Assembly: GCA_024654025.1 (NCBI GenBank)
Contig: JANLIR010000002.1
Coordinates: forward strand, 101,639-165,638
DNA length: 64,000 bases
From: Candidatus Wolfebacteria bacterium
Lineage (GTDB): Bacteria; Patescibacteriota; Minisyncoccia; UBA6257; UBA9933
Reading direction: 5' to 3'
Under the pieces are notes generated by a model that worked only from the letters and a program-made list of their open reading frames with translations, was not told the origin of the DNA and did no database searches. The position numbers were made by a program, and so were the translations under genes. Positions 28,555-38,412 of the stretch are shown in pieces (positions within the stretch are counted from its first letter, which is position 1; every line of letters begins with the position of its first letter).

Positions 28555-29241
28555 TTATTGGCTAATTTCTTCCAGCGCTTTTTTCGCGGCTTCCACTTCC
28601 GCTTCTTGTTTGGAAAAACCCTTGCCCACGGCGATTAATTTTTTACCGAAATAAACTCCGGATTCAAAAACTTTCGCGTGATCGGGCCCTTCTTCCGATA
28701 AAATTTCATACGCCGGGGTAAGTTTCATTTTTTCCTGAGTTATTTCCTGTAAATAACTTTTAGGATCTTTGTAAAGTTCCTCGCTCATTACTTTGGAAAG
28801 TCTGGACAAAACAGTTTCACTGACGAAATTTTTGGTTATTTCATATCCGGAGTCTAAATATAAAGCCCCCAAAAGAGCTTCCAAAGCATTTGCTAAAATA
28901 ACCTCCCTTGCTCGTCCGGTATCTTTAGTCTCGCCTTTGGAAAGCAAAACTACTTCTTCCAAACCGATTATTTTAGCAACCTCCGCGAGCATTTGATAAT
29001 TAACCAAAGCTGCCCGAATACTTGTAAGTTCGCCTTCGGGCATATCTGAATATTTTAAAAATAAAATTTCGGTTACCGTTAATTCTAAAACCGCGTCTCC
29101 TAAAAATTCCAACCGCTCATTATGCGAAACGCCCCAATCGGGATTTTCATTTATGTAAGAACGGTGAGTCAAAGCCTCTTTTAAAAGGTTTTGATTTTTA
29201 AAGTTATACTTTATTTTTTTTTCAAACGAAGAAAGGTCCAC
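28555..29241 (-). CDS. rnc: Ribonuclease III
   Basis: ERLEFLGDAVLEL signature; C-terminal dsRBD. Confidence 0.85.
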   Translation of the reverse strand: MDLSSFEKKIKYNFKNQNLLKEALTHRSYINENPDWGVSHNERLEFLGDAVLELTVTEILFLKYSDMPEGELTSIRAALVNYQMLAEVAKIIGLEEVVLLSKGETKDTGRAREVILANALEALLGALYLDSGYEITKNFVSETVLSRLSKVMSEELYKDPKSYLQEITQEKMKLTPAYEILSEEGPDHAKVFESGVYFGKKLIAVGKGFSKQEAEVEAAKKALEEISQ

Positions 29242-29305
29242 TTTAAATTGTAAGGCTTAGAATTCAAAGCTTAAATTTTTCTTTATAAACTCTAAATTCT
29301 AAACC

Positions 29306-29758
29306 CTAATTGTTTTCTTTTTTTTCTTTGTCGCCGCTTAATTCCTGCATCTGGCTGTAAACCGTTCCCAAAACTCCGTTAACGAATTTTCCGGAATTCG
29401 GCCCGCCGAAATTTTTTGCCAGCTCAATCGCTTCATTTATCGCCACCTTCTCCGGTACTTCATTATGATCCGCGTATAAAAGTTCGTAAAGCCCGATTCT
29501 TAAAATATTTCTGTCAATTATAAAAACCTGGTTTATGGGCCATTGCGGCGCCACCTTGCCGATTATCTCGTCGATTTTAGCGATGTTGGAAATTACTCCC
29601 TTTACTATCCGCCAGGCGAACTCCGGCTCGTCCACTCCGGATCCAAACTCATTTAAATTATGCTCGACGATCTTTATTAAATCAGCCTTTCTTCCGGAAA
29701 AGTCCCATTCGTAAAGCGATTGAAGAACTATTGAACGTATTAAATGACGAGTAGCCAT
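29306..29758 (-). CDS. nusB: Transcription antitermination factor NusB
   Basis: All-helical ~150 aa; RxxAxQxLY-type N-terminus ([19 protein letters not shown]). Confidence 0.65.
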   Translation of the reverse strand: MATRHLIRSIVLQSLYEWDFSGRKADLIKIVEHNLNEFGSGVDEPEFAWRIVKGVISNIAKIDEIIGKVAPQWPINQVFIIDRNILRIGLYELLYADHNEVPEKVAINEAIELAKNFGGPNSGKFVNGVLGTVYSQMQELSGDKEKKENN

Positions 29759-29832
29759 GCTTCAAATATAATTTTTTAAATGTTCTTAGACCAATTAATC
29801 GATTCCCTATCCCTAATTAACGAATCAACTCG

Positions 29833-30030
29833 TTAACTCTTCCTTACTTTCACTTTCTGTTCTTTCATAAGCCTCCCTTTGTAATAGCCGCAATTGGAGC
29901 AAACTTTGTGAGGCAAAATCGGATATTTGCAATTTGGACAAACAAAAATAGAGGAGGGTTTTAACGCGAGATGCGATCTTCGCCTCCCTACCTTTGACTT
30001 TGTATGATGCTTCATTGGTACGCCACCCAT
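29833..30030 (-). CDS. rpmF: 50S ribosomal protein L32 (zinc-ribbon form)
   Basis: KHHTKSKVGRRRSH...CPNC...CSNCGYYKGR. Confidence 0.7.
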   Translation of the reverse strand: MGGVPMKHHTKSKVGRRRSHLALKPSSIFVCPNCKYPILPHKVCSNCGYYKGRLMKEQKVKVRKS

Positions 30031-30115
30031 AGTTTAGTAATTATTAGTAATTAGTTGATTAGTGATTAGTAAGATATTAAATATAGACCCAAAAGTCAAT
30101 AAAATCAGGATAAAA

Positions 30116-30421
30116 TCAGGACTCGTCAAGAATTATCTTTTTTTTGAATTTCCCCCTCTCTTCCGCCTTCTTTTTTTTAATCTCGTCTATTTCTTTCTTA
30201 TCGAATTTCCGGTATTCGCAAATTGCGTCAATAACATCCAAAATATCAGCTATTTCACTAACGTTTGTATCGTCATTTAAAAATTCCGTTATTTCTTCCT
30301 GTAATTTTTCTTTTAATTTTTGCCAATATTCGTCGTTATTGGCAATATGAAAAATCGGAACGCCTCCTTTTGCTTTGATATATTCCGGTATCTTATCTCT
30401 AACCAGTTTGTCATACTTCAT
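30116..30421 (-). CDS. MazG-like all-alpha nucleotide pyrophosphohydrolase
   Basis: KLVRDKIPE N-terminal motif and an acidic helix typical of small MazG/YpjD-type NTP-PPases. Confidence 0.5.
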   Translation of the reverse strand: MKYDKLVRDKIPEYIKAKGGVPIFHIANNDEYWQKLKEKLQEEITEFLNDDTNVSEIADILDVIDAICEYRKFDKKEIDEIKKKKAEERGKFKKKIILDES

Positions 30422-32202
30422 GCTTTATTTTCAATTTCTTCATTTATTTTTTTAATAACTGCGTCTAAATCCACTTCCCCTTCCTGGCCGCGTTTGTAGT
30501 GCCGGACATTCACGCTTTTGTTTTGGATCTCCTTGTCGCCGACTACTAATATATAAGGTATTTTTTGAAGTTCGGCCTCGCGAATTTTTTTTGAAACCGT
30601 TGAATCTTCGTCGCTTAATTCCGCCCTAATTTTATTTTTTTTAAGTTCGCTTAAAATATCTTCGGCATATTTTCTGTGCCCCTCGCCGATATTTATAATC
30701 CTTACCTGAGCCGGAGCCAGCCATAAAGGCAAAACCCCTGCTGTTTTTTCCAAAAGAAAAGCAAAAAATCTTTCAAAAGAGCCGAGTATCGCCCGATGGA
30801 TTATTACAACCGATTTTTCTTTGCCGTCTTTATCAATGTAATTTAAATTAAATCTTCCGGCGGAATAATAATCCACTTGAATCGTAGCAATCGTGTCTTC
30901 TTTGCCGTAAATATTTTTTATTTGCACGTCAATTTTCGGTCCGTAAAAAGTCGCCTCGCCAACGCCTTCTACGAATTTTATTTTTTGTTTGTTTAAAACT
31001 TTTTTCAAAGCCTCGGCCCCTTGCTCCCACATTTTTTTATTTTTTATGTCGCCGTATTTTTCTTTATTTTTGAAATTCGGAAGCGACAGCCTGAACCAAT
31101 AATCGAGAATTTTAAAATCATCGAAAACTTTTTTGTGAATCTCCGATATTTTAATAATCTCCGCCTCCAATTTTTCGGGTGTTATATAAATATGCGCGTC
31201 GTTTTGCGTAAATCCCCGCACTCTTATAAGCCCGCTTAATACTCCCGATCTTTCGTATCTGTAAACCGTGCCGAATTCCGCTATTCTTAAAGGCAAGTCC
31301 TTATAACTTCTTAATTTGTGCTTATATATGGAGTGGTGATGCGGGCAATTCATCGGTCTTAAATAATATTTTTCATTTTCAATCTCTATCGGGCAGTACA
31401 TATCTTCTTTGTAATGCGCTAGGTGCCCTGAAGTTTTATAAAGAACTTCTTTAGCTAATTCCGGAGTCAAAACATGAAGATAACCATTTTCCTGTTCCAC
31501 TTTATAAATATAATCTTCAATTAAATGGCGTATTAGATAACCTTTCGGCAGCCACAAAGGCAAACCCTTTCCGATATTCTCATCAAACATAAACAAATCC
31601 ATTTTCTCGCCCAAAACTCTGTGATCGCGCTTTTCCGCTTCTTCTAAAAGTTTTAAATAATCTTTAAGTTCATCAGGGGTATTGAAAGCCACGCCGTAAA
31701 CTCGGGTCAACATTTGATTTTTCTCGCTGCCCCGCCAATACGCGCCCGCTAACTTTGTTAATTTAAAAGCGTCTTTATTTATTTCTTTGGTTGACTTCAC
31801 ATGCGGTCCGGCGCATAAATCAACAAAAGTTTCTTTTGGATCTTTCCCGAAAGTGCCGTAAATACTAATCGCTTTTTTTTGATCGTTTAATTCCTTAATA
31901 AGCTCGATTTTGTATTTTTGGTTTTTAAAAAGTTTCTTTGCCTGTTCAAATGTTATGGCTTCCTTTTTAAACTTCAGATCGTGCGAGATTAATTCTTTTA
32001 TGCGTTCTTCAATTTTCGGCAAATCCTCCGGAACTATTCCTTTTTTAGCGCCGGAAAAATCAAAATCATAATAAAATCCGTTTTCAATTGTCGGCCCGAT
32101 TCCGATCTTAGCTTCGGGAAATCTTTCCAAAACCGCCATTGCTAAAACATGGGCCAGAGAATGCCTTTTTTTATCAAGATCTTTGTTTTTATTTTGAACC
32201 AT
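30418..32202 (-). CDS. thrS: Threonine--tRNA ligase (lacking N-terminal TGS domain)
   Basis: SLAHVLAMAV, GPTIENGFYYDF, class II core motifs, C-terminal anticodon-binding domain. Confidence 0.85.
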   Translation of the reverse strand: MVQNKNKDLDKKRHSLAHVLAMAVLERFPEAKIGIGPTIENGFYYDFDFSGAKKGIVPEDLPKIEERIKELISHDLKFKKEAITFEQAKKLFKNQKYKIELIKELNDQKKAISIYGTFGKDPKETFVDLCAGPHVKSTKEINKDAFKLTKLAGAYWRGSEKNQMLTRVYGVAFNTPDELKDYLKLLEEAEKRDHRVLGEKMDLFMFDENIGKGLPLWLPKGYLIRHLIEDYIYKVEQENGYLHVLTPELAKEVLYKTSGHLAHYKEDMYCPIEIENEKYYLRPMNCPHHHSIYKHKLRSYKDLPLRIAEFGTVYRYERSGVLSGLIRVRGFTQNDAHIYITPEKLEAEIIKISEIHKKVFDDFKILDYWFRLSLPNFKNKEKYGDIKNKKMWEQGAEALKKVLNKQKIKFVEGVGEATFYGPKIDVQIKNIYGKEDTIATIQVDYYSAGRFNLNYIDKDGKEKSVVIIHRAILGSFERFFAFLLEKTAGVLPLWLAPAQVRIINIGEGHRKYAEDILSELKKNKIRAELSDEDSTVSKKIREAELQKIPYILVVGDKEIQNKSVNVRHYKRGQEGEVDLDAVIKKINEEIENKA

Positions 32203-32295
32203 TAAAAACCACTTTATACCAGAAAAGCGATAATTTCAATGAATTAACTTTGTATTCTGCTCTAAAGTTGCTAATTAATTATTAGCTGTTAACGG

Positions 32296-35200
32296 TTACG
32301 TTAGGATGGCCGCGTCTTCACAAATAAATTTCGGCTGGTCGTCTTTCCATGAAACTCTGCCCTCGCCGATTATAATGTTATTTTCTTTCCAAATATCGCT
32401 TGTTTTTGTGAGCGCGCTGTTAAAAACCAGAACCTCTATTTCCGAATCAAAATCCTCAACTTTGGCAAAAATCATTGGTTGTCCGGTTTTGGTCAAAATT
32501 TTCTGTATTTTTGTTATTACTCCCGCTATTCGATGCCTCTTATTATACCCTCCTTTCCCGTTGCCGTTCGCCACCAACTCCCTGATAAATTGAACGTTTT
32601 TTTCTTCAAGTTTCGCGGCGTATTCATTCATTGGATGGCCTGATACGAATAAGCCTAGAAGCTCTTTCTCCCAAAGCAACCTGTCTTTGCTGGAAATTGG
32701 CATATCGGCCTTAAGACTTAAGGCGCCTCCGAAATACGTGTCTCCAAAAAGATTATTCTGCGTCGTATCTGCGCTTTTTTTATTTTGCTGGCTGAATCTT
32801 AAAATTTCGTCTAGATTGGCTAAAAGTTTTCCCCGGCTTATTTTAAGCGAATCAAATACTCCGGCTTTTATTAAACTCTCCAAAGATTTTTTGTTTAAAT
32901 CTTTATGCGTAACTCTTTTTAGAAAATCAATTAACTCTAAAAATGGTCCGCCCCTTTGCCTTTCTTCGATAATCGCTTCAACAATATTTGTTCCGACATT
33001 TTTTATCGCTAACAACCCAAAGCGGATATTTTTTCCTTCCGGCGTGAATTTTGTGAAACTGGAATTAATATCCGGCGGTAAAACCGCTATGCCCATTTTT
33101 TTCGCTTCGGTTATTAAAAACGCGGCTCTTTCCACATCGCCGCTGTCGGCGTTAAACAGCGCAGTCATAAACTCCAACGGATAATGCGCCTTGAGATATG
33201 CTGTTTGGTAACCAATTAAGGCGTAGCAAACGCTATGCGACTTATTGAAACCGTAACGGGCAAACGAAGGAAACAATTCCCAAATCTCATTCGCGCTTTT
33301 TTCTTCTATGCCATTATTTATCATTCCCTGAATAAGTTTTTCCTTCTGCGCGTCAAGAAGCTCTTTAATTTTTTTACCAATTGCTTTTCTTAAAGTATCT
33401 GCTTCGGACAAAGTAAAGCCGGCCAAGTCCCGCGCGATTTTCATCATCTGTTCCTGATAAATTCCGATTCCGTAAGTTCCTTTCAAAATCGGCTCAAGCC
33501 GCGGATGCAAATATTCGACTAATTCTTCCCCGTGTTTTCTCGCGATATAACGCGGCACCATGCCGGCCTCCAAAGGACCTGGTCTGTATAATGCGACCAT
33601 AGCCACCACATCGTCAAACTCTGTTGGTTTTAGATCTTTTAAATAACGGCGCATGCCCGATGACTCAAATTGAAACACGCCAACGCAATCGCCTTTTTGA
33701 AAAAGTTTAAATGTTTCCGGATTGTCCAATGGAATTTCGGAAATCTTTATTTCTTCCCCTTTTATTTCTCTGACTAACCTGACAACGTCTTCTATGATGG
33801 TTAAATTTTTAAGGCCAAGAATATCAATCTTTAACAACCCCAGGTCTTCAACATTGTGCATTTCAAACTGAGTAATAGTTATATTTTCCTGTTGGGGAGA
33901 ACGCTGAAGCGGTAGATAATTTATCAGTTCTTCATTTGAAATAACCACTCCGCAAGCGTGAACCGAAGCATGCCGAGCTACTCCTTCTAATTTTTTTGCC
34001 GCGTCTATTATTTTTTTAGCGTCAGGGCTGGTTTCATATAATTGCCTTAGCTCTGAAACAGCCTCCAAAGACTGAGCTAAATCCATATTAAACGGAATAA
34101 GCTTGGCTATCTGGTCGCAAAAACTGTAAGGCATGCCCAGGGCCCTTCCAGCGTCGCGAATAGACGCTCTGGCAGCCATTGTCCCGAAAGTGATTATTTG
34201 AGCAACCTTGTCTTCTCCATATTTATTCCTTACATAATCCAAAACCTCGTCCCTGCGAGTATCGGCAAAATCCAAATCAATATCCGGAAGCTGTATACGG
34301 TCGGGATTTAAAAATCTTTCAAAAAGCAAATCGTATTTTAAAGGATCCACATCGGTAATTCCCAAAATATAAGAAATAATGCTTCCGGCAGCCGAGCCTC
34401 TTCCAGGGCCGACCATAATTCCGTGCGCCTTAGCCCAATTCACAAAATCGGAAACGATTAAAAAATAGTCGGCGAAACCCATATTCTCAATAACGCCGAG
34501 TTCGTATTCAAAACGATTTTTTATTTCTTCGCTTATTTCCGGAAATCTTCGCGAAATTTGTTCATCGATTAATTTTCTTAAAAATTTATTGCTGTTAGTT
34601 TCTCCTTCGGGCAAAGAAAATTTCGGAAGATGGATTTTCCCTATGCTTAATTTGACGTCGCAGCGGCTGGAAATTTTATTTGTGTTTTCTAACGCTTCCG
34701 GCAAATCTTTAAAAAGTTCCGCCATAATTTCCGGAGGCCGCATTGAAAAATCATCGGCGCGCAAACTCAAGCGGTCGTCATCTTCAACTTTATTTCCGGT
34801 TTGCACCGCTAAAAGAATATCGTGATATTTTCCGTCGTCAGAATTTAAGTAATGAATATCTTGAGTGGCAACAAGAGGAATGTTTAATTTTTTTCCGAGA
34901 TCGATTATTCCGTTTTTAACTTTTTCCATTCCTTCGATATTCGGGTGGTGCCAAACTTCCAGAAAAAAATTATTTTCTCCGAAAATGTTTTGATATTCGC
35001 GCGCAACTTTTTCCGCGTCGGTAAATTTATTTTCTAAAATTAATTGGGGAATTTCTCCGCCCAAACATCCCGACATCGCGATAAGGCCTTCGCTGTACTG
35101 TTTTAAAAGTTCTTTGTCCGCGCGCGGTTTATAATAAAATCCCTCAAGATGGGCTTTGGTGGAAATTTTTATTAAATTCTGCCAACCGGTTTGGTTTTCG

Positions 35201-35472
35201 GCTAATAAAGTAAGGTGGCGATATTTATTTTCTTTTCCATTTTTCTCAAATCGGGAACTTGGAGCGATATAGGCCTCCATTCCCAAAATCGGTTTGATTC
35301 CGGCTTTGATTGCTTTCTTATAAAATTCAACCGCGCCGTAAAGATTGCCGTGGTCCGTCAAAGCCAGCGCCTCCATTCCTAATTCTTTGGCGCGGGAAAC
35401 AAGTTCGTCTATTTTAATAAGTCCATCAAGGAGAGAAAAATGCGAGTGAGTATGTAGATGGACAAACTTCAT
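32296..35472 (-). CDS. dnaE: DNA polymerase III alpha subunit
   Basis: PHP domain HLHTHSHFSLLDG at N-terminus; 1058 aa. Confidence 0.9.
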   Translation of the reverse strand: MKFVHLHTHSHFSLLDGLIKIDELVSRAKELGMEALALTDHGNLYGAVEFYKKAIKAGIKPILGMEAYIAPSSRFEKNGKENKYRHLTLLAENQTGWQNLIKISTKAHLEGFYYKPRADKELLKQYSEGLIAMSGCLGGEIPQLILENKFTDAEKVAREYQNIFGENNFFLEVWHHPNIEGMEKVKNGIIDLGKKLNIPLVATQDIHYLNSDDGKYHDILLAVQTGNKVEDDDRLSLRADDFSMRPPEIMAELFKDLPEALENTNKISSRCDVKLSIGKIHLPKFSLPEGETNSNKFLRKLIDEQISRRFPEISEEIKNRFEYELGVIENMGFADYFLIVSDFVNWAKAHGIMVGPGRGSAAGSIISYILGITDVDPLKYDLLFERFLNPDRIQLPDIDLDFADTRRDEVLDYVRNKYGEDKVAQIITFGTMAARASIRDAGRALGMPYSFCDQIAKLIPFNMDLAQSLEAVSELRQLYETSPDAKKIIDAAKKLEGVARHASVHACGVVISNEELINYLPLQRSPQQENITITQFEMHNVEDLGLLKIDILGLKNLTIIEDVVRLVREIKGEEIKISEIPLDNPETFKLFQKGDCVGVFQFESSGMRRYLKDLKPTEFDDVVAMVALYRPGPLEAGMVPRYIARKHGEELVEYLHPRLEPILKGTYGIGIYQEQMMKIARDLAGFTLSEADTLRKAIGKKIKELLDAQKEKLIQGMINNGIEEKSANEIWELFPSFARYGFNKSHSVCYALIGYQTAYLKAHYPLEFMTALFNADSGDVERAAFLITEAKKMGIAVLPPDINSSFTKFTPEGKNIRFGLLAIKNVGTNIVEAIIEERQRGGPFLELIDFLKRVTHKDLNKKSLESLIKAGVFDSLKISRGKLLANLDEILRFSQQNKKSADTTQNNLFGDTYFGGALSLKADMPISSKDRLLWEKELLGLFVSGHPMNEYAAKLEEKNVQFIRELVANGNGKGGYNKRHRIAGVITKIQKILTKTGQPMIFAKVEDFDSEIEVLVFNSALTKTSDIWKENNIIIGEGRVSWKDDQPKFICEDAAILT

Positions 35473-35580
35473 ATCGATTTCATTATAGGTGTTAAAAAAA
35501 TTAAAATCAAAATTGACTAAATCTCAAAAAATTTTTTAATTTTTCCTTCCTGTTGCTTTCTTAAACTAAAAAACCTAAAG

Positions 35581-35609
35581 TTGACAAATTATTGTGTTTT
35601 TGATATTAT
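35581..35609 (+). promoter_or_regulatory. Consensus sigma70-type promoter TTGACA-N17-TATTAT
   Basis: ttgaca 35581-35586, tattat 35604-35609; SD aaagggg lies 7 nt before the ATG at 35685. Confidence 0.5.
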
Positions 35610-35684
35610 ATGATAATAAATTTGGTCTTTCCCAATTTTACATATCCCGAAAACGCTGAAAAATCACAAAGAAAGGGGTGCGAA

Positions 35685-36269
35685 ATGAAAACCAGGACGA
35701 AAAAAGCGCTGTTTTTAGGATTTTTGTCTGTTTTCGCGGTTTTCGCCGCAGCATGCTCAACCATGCCCATCAACAGAAGCGAGATGGTTCCGCTAAACCG
35801 GTGGAACCAAGACTCGCGAATCGGCCTCATCATCGTAGAAGGCCAGCCCTCAATCAATATGTGGTTCAAAGACGAAACCGGACGGACAATTGAATTCTGG
35901 ACTGAAAAAGGCTCGTCTCCTTCGATGACTTTCAACAACAGATCGCCAATCAGAATTTACGTCCACCAAGTGCCGGCGATTGGGAATTATCAAATTATTG
36001 TAGAGAGTTTCTACTACAAAACCTTGCTCTTCCCGCCGGGAGTCCGATACCCTGTGCGGCTTCAACCGCAGAATTACTACATAACTGTCGGCCACAACCC
36101 GGTCGCCTACCAGGATTACGAATTCACCAAAACTTGGTGGGGCTGGGTTCTCCGCATCAACACAGGATTTATCCCGCCGGAAGACACCGGAATGCCCACC
36201 GTTGATATCCAAGGAACCGGATTTATCAAAGACATCGTGGACGGTCTTGGAAGGAGGGGCTATCGATGA
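35685..36269 (+). CDS. Putative lipoprotein (higher-GC cassette gene 1)
   Basis: MKTRTKKALFLGFLSVFAVFAAAC is a signal peptide with a lipobox-like AAAC; local GC clearly above neighbours; start chosen at Met26 of the tracked ORF because of the SD. Confidence 0.5.
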   Translation: MKTRTKKALFLGFLSVFAVFAAACSTMPINRSEMVPLNRWNQDSRIGLIIVEGQPSINMWFKDETGRTIEFWTEKGSSPSMTFNNRSPIRIYVHQVPAIGNYQIIVESFYYKTLLFPPGVRYPVRLQPQNYYITVGHNPVAYQDYEFTKTWWGWVLRINTGFIPPEDTGMPTVDIQGTGFIKDIVDGLGRRGYR

Positions 36270-36676
36270 AATACAAAATCCTTCTTCTACTGTTTGCGGT
36301 CTTTCCGGCCTGCGCCACAACCGCCACTCTGCCGCAAGTAACGATGATGAGATACGCGATTCCGGAAATCAATATGATCCGGGGCGGTGCTCCACCAGAA
36401 CTTCCGCCGACGTATGACAAATTCAAAGACCCATCGCTTATGGTTTTCCAAAACCAGAGCGAGGGCGTCGCAACGATCGTTATTGACAGCAAGAACAGCG
36501 AAAAGATTATCTTGTTACCGAGAAAAATATCGCCGGATATTTATTTAGAACCCGGCAAACACAAAATCGCTATCACCGTTGTTATTGCCCGGCAACACTA
36601 CACCACCGACCTCAAACAGAATCGAGAAATAACTATCGAACTAACAGGATACTCCCAAATCATTCCGATCCACTAA
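36266..36676 (+). CDS. Secreted protein/lipoprotein (higher-GC cassette gene 2), translationally coupled by an ATGA overlap
   Basis: MKYKILLLLFAVFPAC signal peptide; 4-nt overlap with the upstream gene. Confidence 0.5.
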   Translation: MKYKILLLLFAVFPACATTATLPQVTMMRYAIPEINMIRGGAPPELPPTYDKFKDPSLMVFQNQSEGVATIVIDSKNSEKIILLPRKISPDIYLEPGKHKIAITVVIARQHYTTDLKQNREITIELTGYSQIIPIH

Positions 36677-36740
36677 GCCTTCTATCCCGCCTCGGAATTT
36701 CCCGAACCCGCCTAAATTTCCGTTTTCCGCTCTTTTCACC

Positions 36741-36777
36741 CAGCCCCGAGACCTTTCGTCGACGGGCTGTTTTTTTA
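36741..36777 (+). terminator. Intrinsic terminator (cagccc...gggctg + T7)
   Basis: seen in sequence after the stop of the cassette. Confidence 0.5.
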
Positions 36778-36870
36778 ATATTTATCTTTGACTTTCACTT
36801 CCTTAATTCCTAATATTAGCTTGTCGTTCATTAACTAATTCCTAACTACTAACTCCTAGTTGCTATTCTC

Positions 36871-37401
36871 ATGTCTGGTCACTCCCATTGGTTGGGAATA
36901 AAACACAAAAAAGAAACAACCGATAAAAAACGCGGCGCTTTATTTTCTAAACTTCTAAACGTTGTTACCGTTACCGCCAAAAAAGAACCCAACCCTCAAT
37001 TCAATCCGACTTTGCGCTCCGCAATCGATAAAGCAAAACAATATAATGTCCCCCAAGATAATATTGAAAAAGCAATTAAACGCGCTTCGGAAAAATCCGA
37101 TAATTTAGAGGAGCTGATTATGGAAGCTTATGGTCCGGAAGGCGTTGGAATTTTAATAGAAGCCGTTACCGACAATAAAAATCGCACGGTAGCTGAAACT
37201 AAAAAAATTTTATCCGACCACGAAGCTAAGTGGGCTGATCCGGGAAGTGTTTTATGGACTTTTGAAAAAACCGTTGAAGGCTGGCAAGCAAAATTTAAAA
37301 ACGAAATGACTTCTGTCGGAAAAGAAAAATTAAAAACGCTTATAGAAGATTTAGAAAACCACGATGATATCCAGCGAATAACAACTAATACTAATTTATA
37401 A
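36871..37401 (+). CDS. yebC: YebC/PmpR-family transcriptional regulator (short)
   Basis: MSGHSHWLGIKHKKETTDKKRGALFSKL is the canonical YebC N-terminus. Confidence 0.75.
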   Translation: MSGHSHWLGIKHKKETTDKKRGALFSKLLNVVTVTAKKEPNPQFNPTLRSAIDKAKQYNVPQDNIEKAIKRASEKSDNLEELIMEAYGPEGVGILIEAVTDNKNRTVAETKKILSDHEAKWADPGSVLWTFEKTVEGWQAKFKNEMTSVGKEKLKTLIEDLENHDDIQRITTNTNL

Positions 37402-37402
37402 T

Positions 37403-37900
37403 ATGAAAATCTTAGGTATTGACCCTGGCAGTACGCGCGCTGGCTATGGATTAATAGAAAAACATGGCCGCGATTTAAAACTTATAAAAAGCGGCTTGTT
37501 AAAAATATCCTCTCAAGACAAAAACGTTCGCCTCTTGGAACTTTCAAAATCATTCGCCTCTCTTTTAAAAAAACAAAAGCCTGATTTTGTGGCTATAGAA
37601 AAACTTTTTTTTATGAAAAATCTTAAAACCGCTCTGGAGGTCGCCCAATCGCGCGGCGTTTTATTGCTAATAGCGACTTCTTTAAAAATTCCAATAATTG
37701 AATTGTCCCCTTCGGAAGTTAAACTAAACATCGCCGGCTACGGCAGCGCCAACAAAAAACTGGTGGCGGATATGGTTTTTAAAATATTAAAGATAAAAAA
37801 ATTGCATGTTTTAGACGATGTCTCAGACGCAATTGCGATTGCTATTGTTGCCGCTAATCAGATACGCTGGTTATCAACAATTGACAAAAAGAATAAATAA
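37403..37900 (+). CDS. ruvC: Holliday junction resolvase RuvC
   Basis: ILGIDPGSTRAGYGL; catalytic Asp/Glu pattern; yebC-ruvC synteny. Confidence 0.85.
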   Translation: MKILGIDPGSTRAGYGLIEKHGRDLKLIKSGLLKISSQDKNVRLLELSKSFASLLKKQKPDFVAIEKLFFMKNLKTALEVAQSRGVLLLIATSLKIPIIELSPSEVKLNIAGYGSANKKLVADMVFKILKIKKLHVLDDVSDAIAIAIVAANQIRWLSTIDKKNK

Positions 37901-37986
37901 TCTATTCTTTTGCTAATCACGTAACCCGCGTCATAATTTAATACTTTTTTGGCGCGAAGAAAGGTCGTTTTTTGTAAAAATTTGCA

Positions 37987-38208
37987 ATGTCTTCATTTTC
38001 AACTGATGAATTGGAAGCGGACTTAGAACCGCAAGGCAAAGAAGATAATATTCTTGATTCCGCCGGAGAAGGAGAACAAGACCCGGAAAAGATTAAAAAA
38101 TCACCCAAAAAAACCGAGGATGATCTTTTGGGCGATTCTGAAGATAATTACCAACCCCCAGTCGACGATTCTTATTTAAAAGACTACAGCGACGGCAATT
38201 CAGAATAA
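37987..38208 (+). CDS. Small acidic hypothetical protein
   Basis: 73 aa, D/E-rich; followed by a terminator. Confidence 0.3.
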   Translation: MSSFSTDELEADLEPQGKEDNILDSAGEGEQDPEKIKKSPKKTEDDLLGDSEDNYQPPVDDSYLKDYSDGNSE

Positions 38209-38231
38209 TTGGGATAATTCGACTGACAGCC

Positions 38232-38272
38232 ACCCGCCCCGATTTAGATTTAGATTGGGGCGGGGTTTTTTA
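38232..38272 (+). terminator. Intrinsic terminator (ccgcccc...ggggcgg + T6)
   Basis: seen in sequence. Confidence 0.55.
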
Positions 38273-38412
38273 ATTTATCCCGCATCTTTCCAACAAAACA
38301 TTAACCCCATGGAAAGAACTTATTTAACTCCTTCGTCCCCGTAGCAAAACCACAAGGCAATTGAGAAAGGTGCGGGATTTATTTAAAATGGTATTATTTA
38401 ACCAATAAAATT

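Noticed and set aside
35606-36492. Minus-strand ORFs 35606-35938, 35850-36320 and 36226-36492 and plus-strand 35678-35893
   Set aside because: Antisense or out-of-frame ORFs created by locally elevated GC in the lipoprotein cassette; no SD or start context; they overlap better-supported genes.
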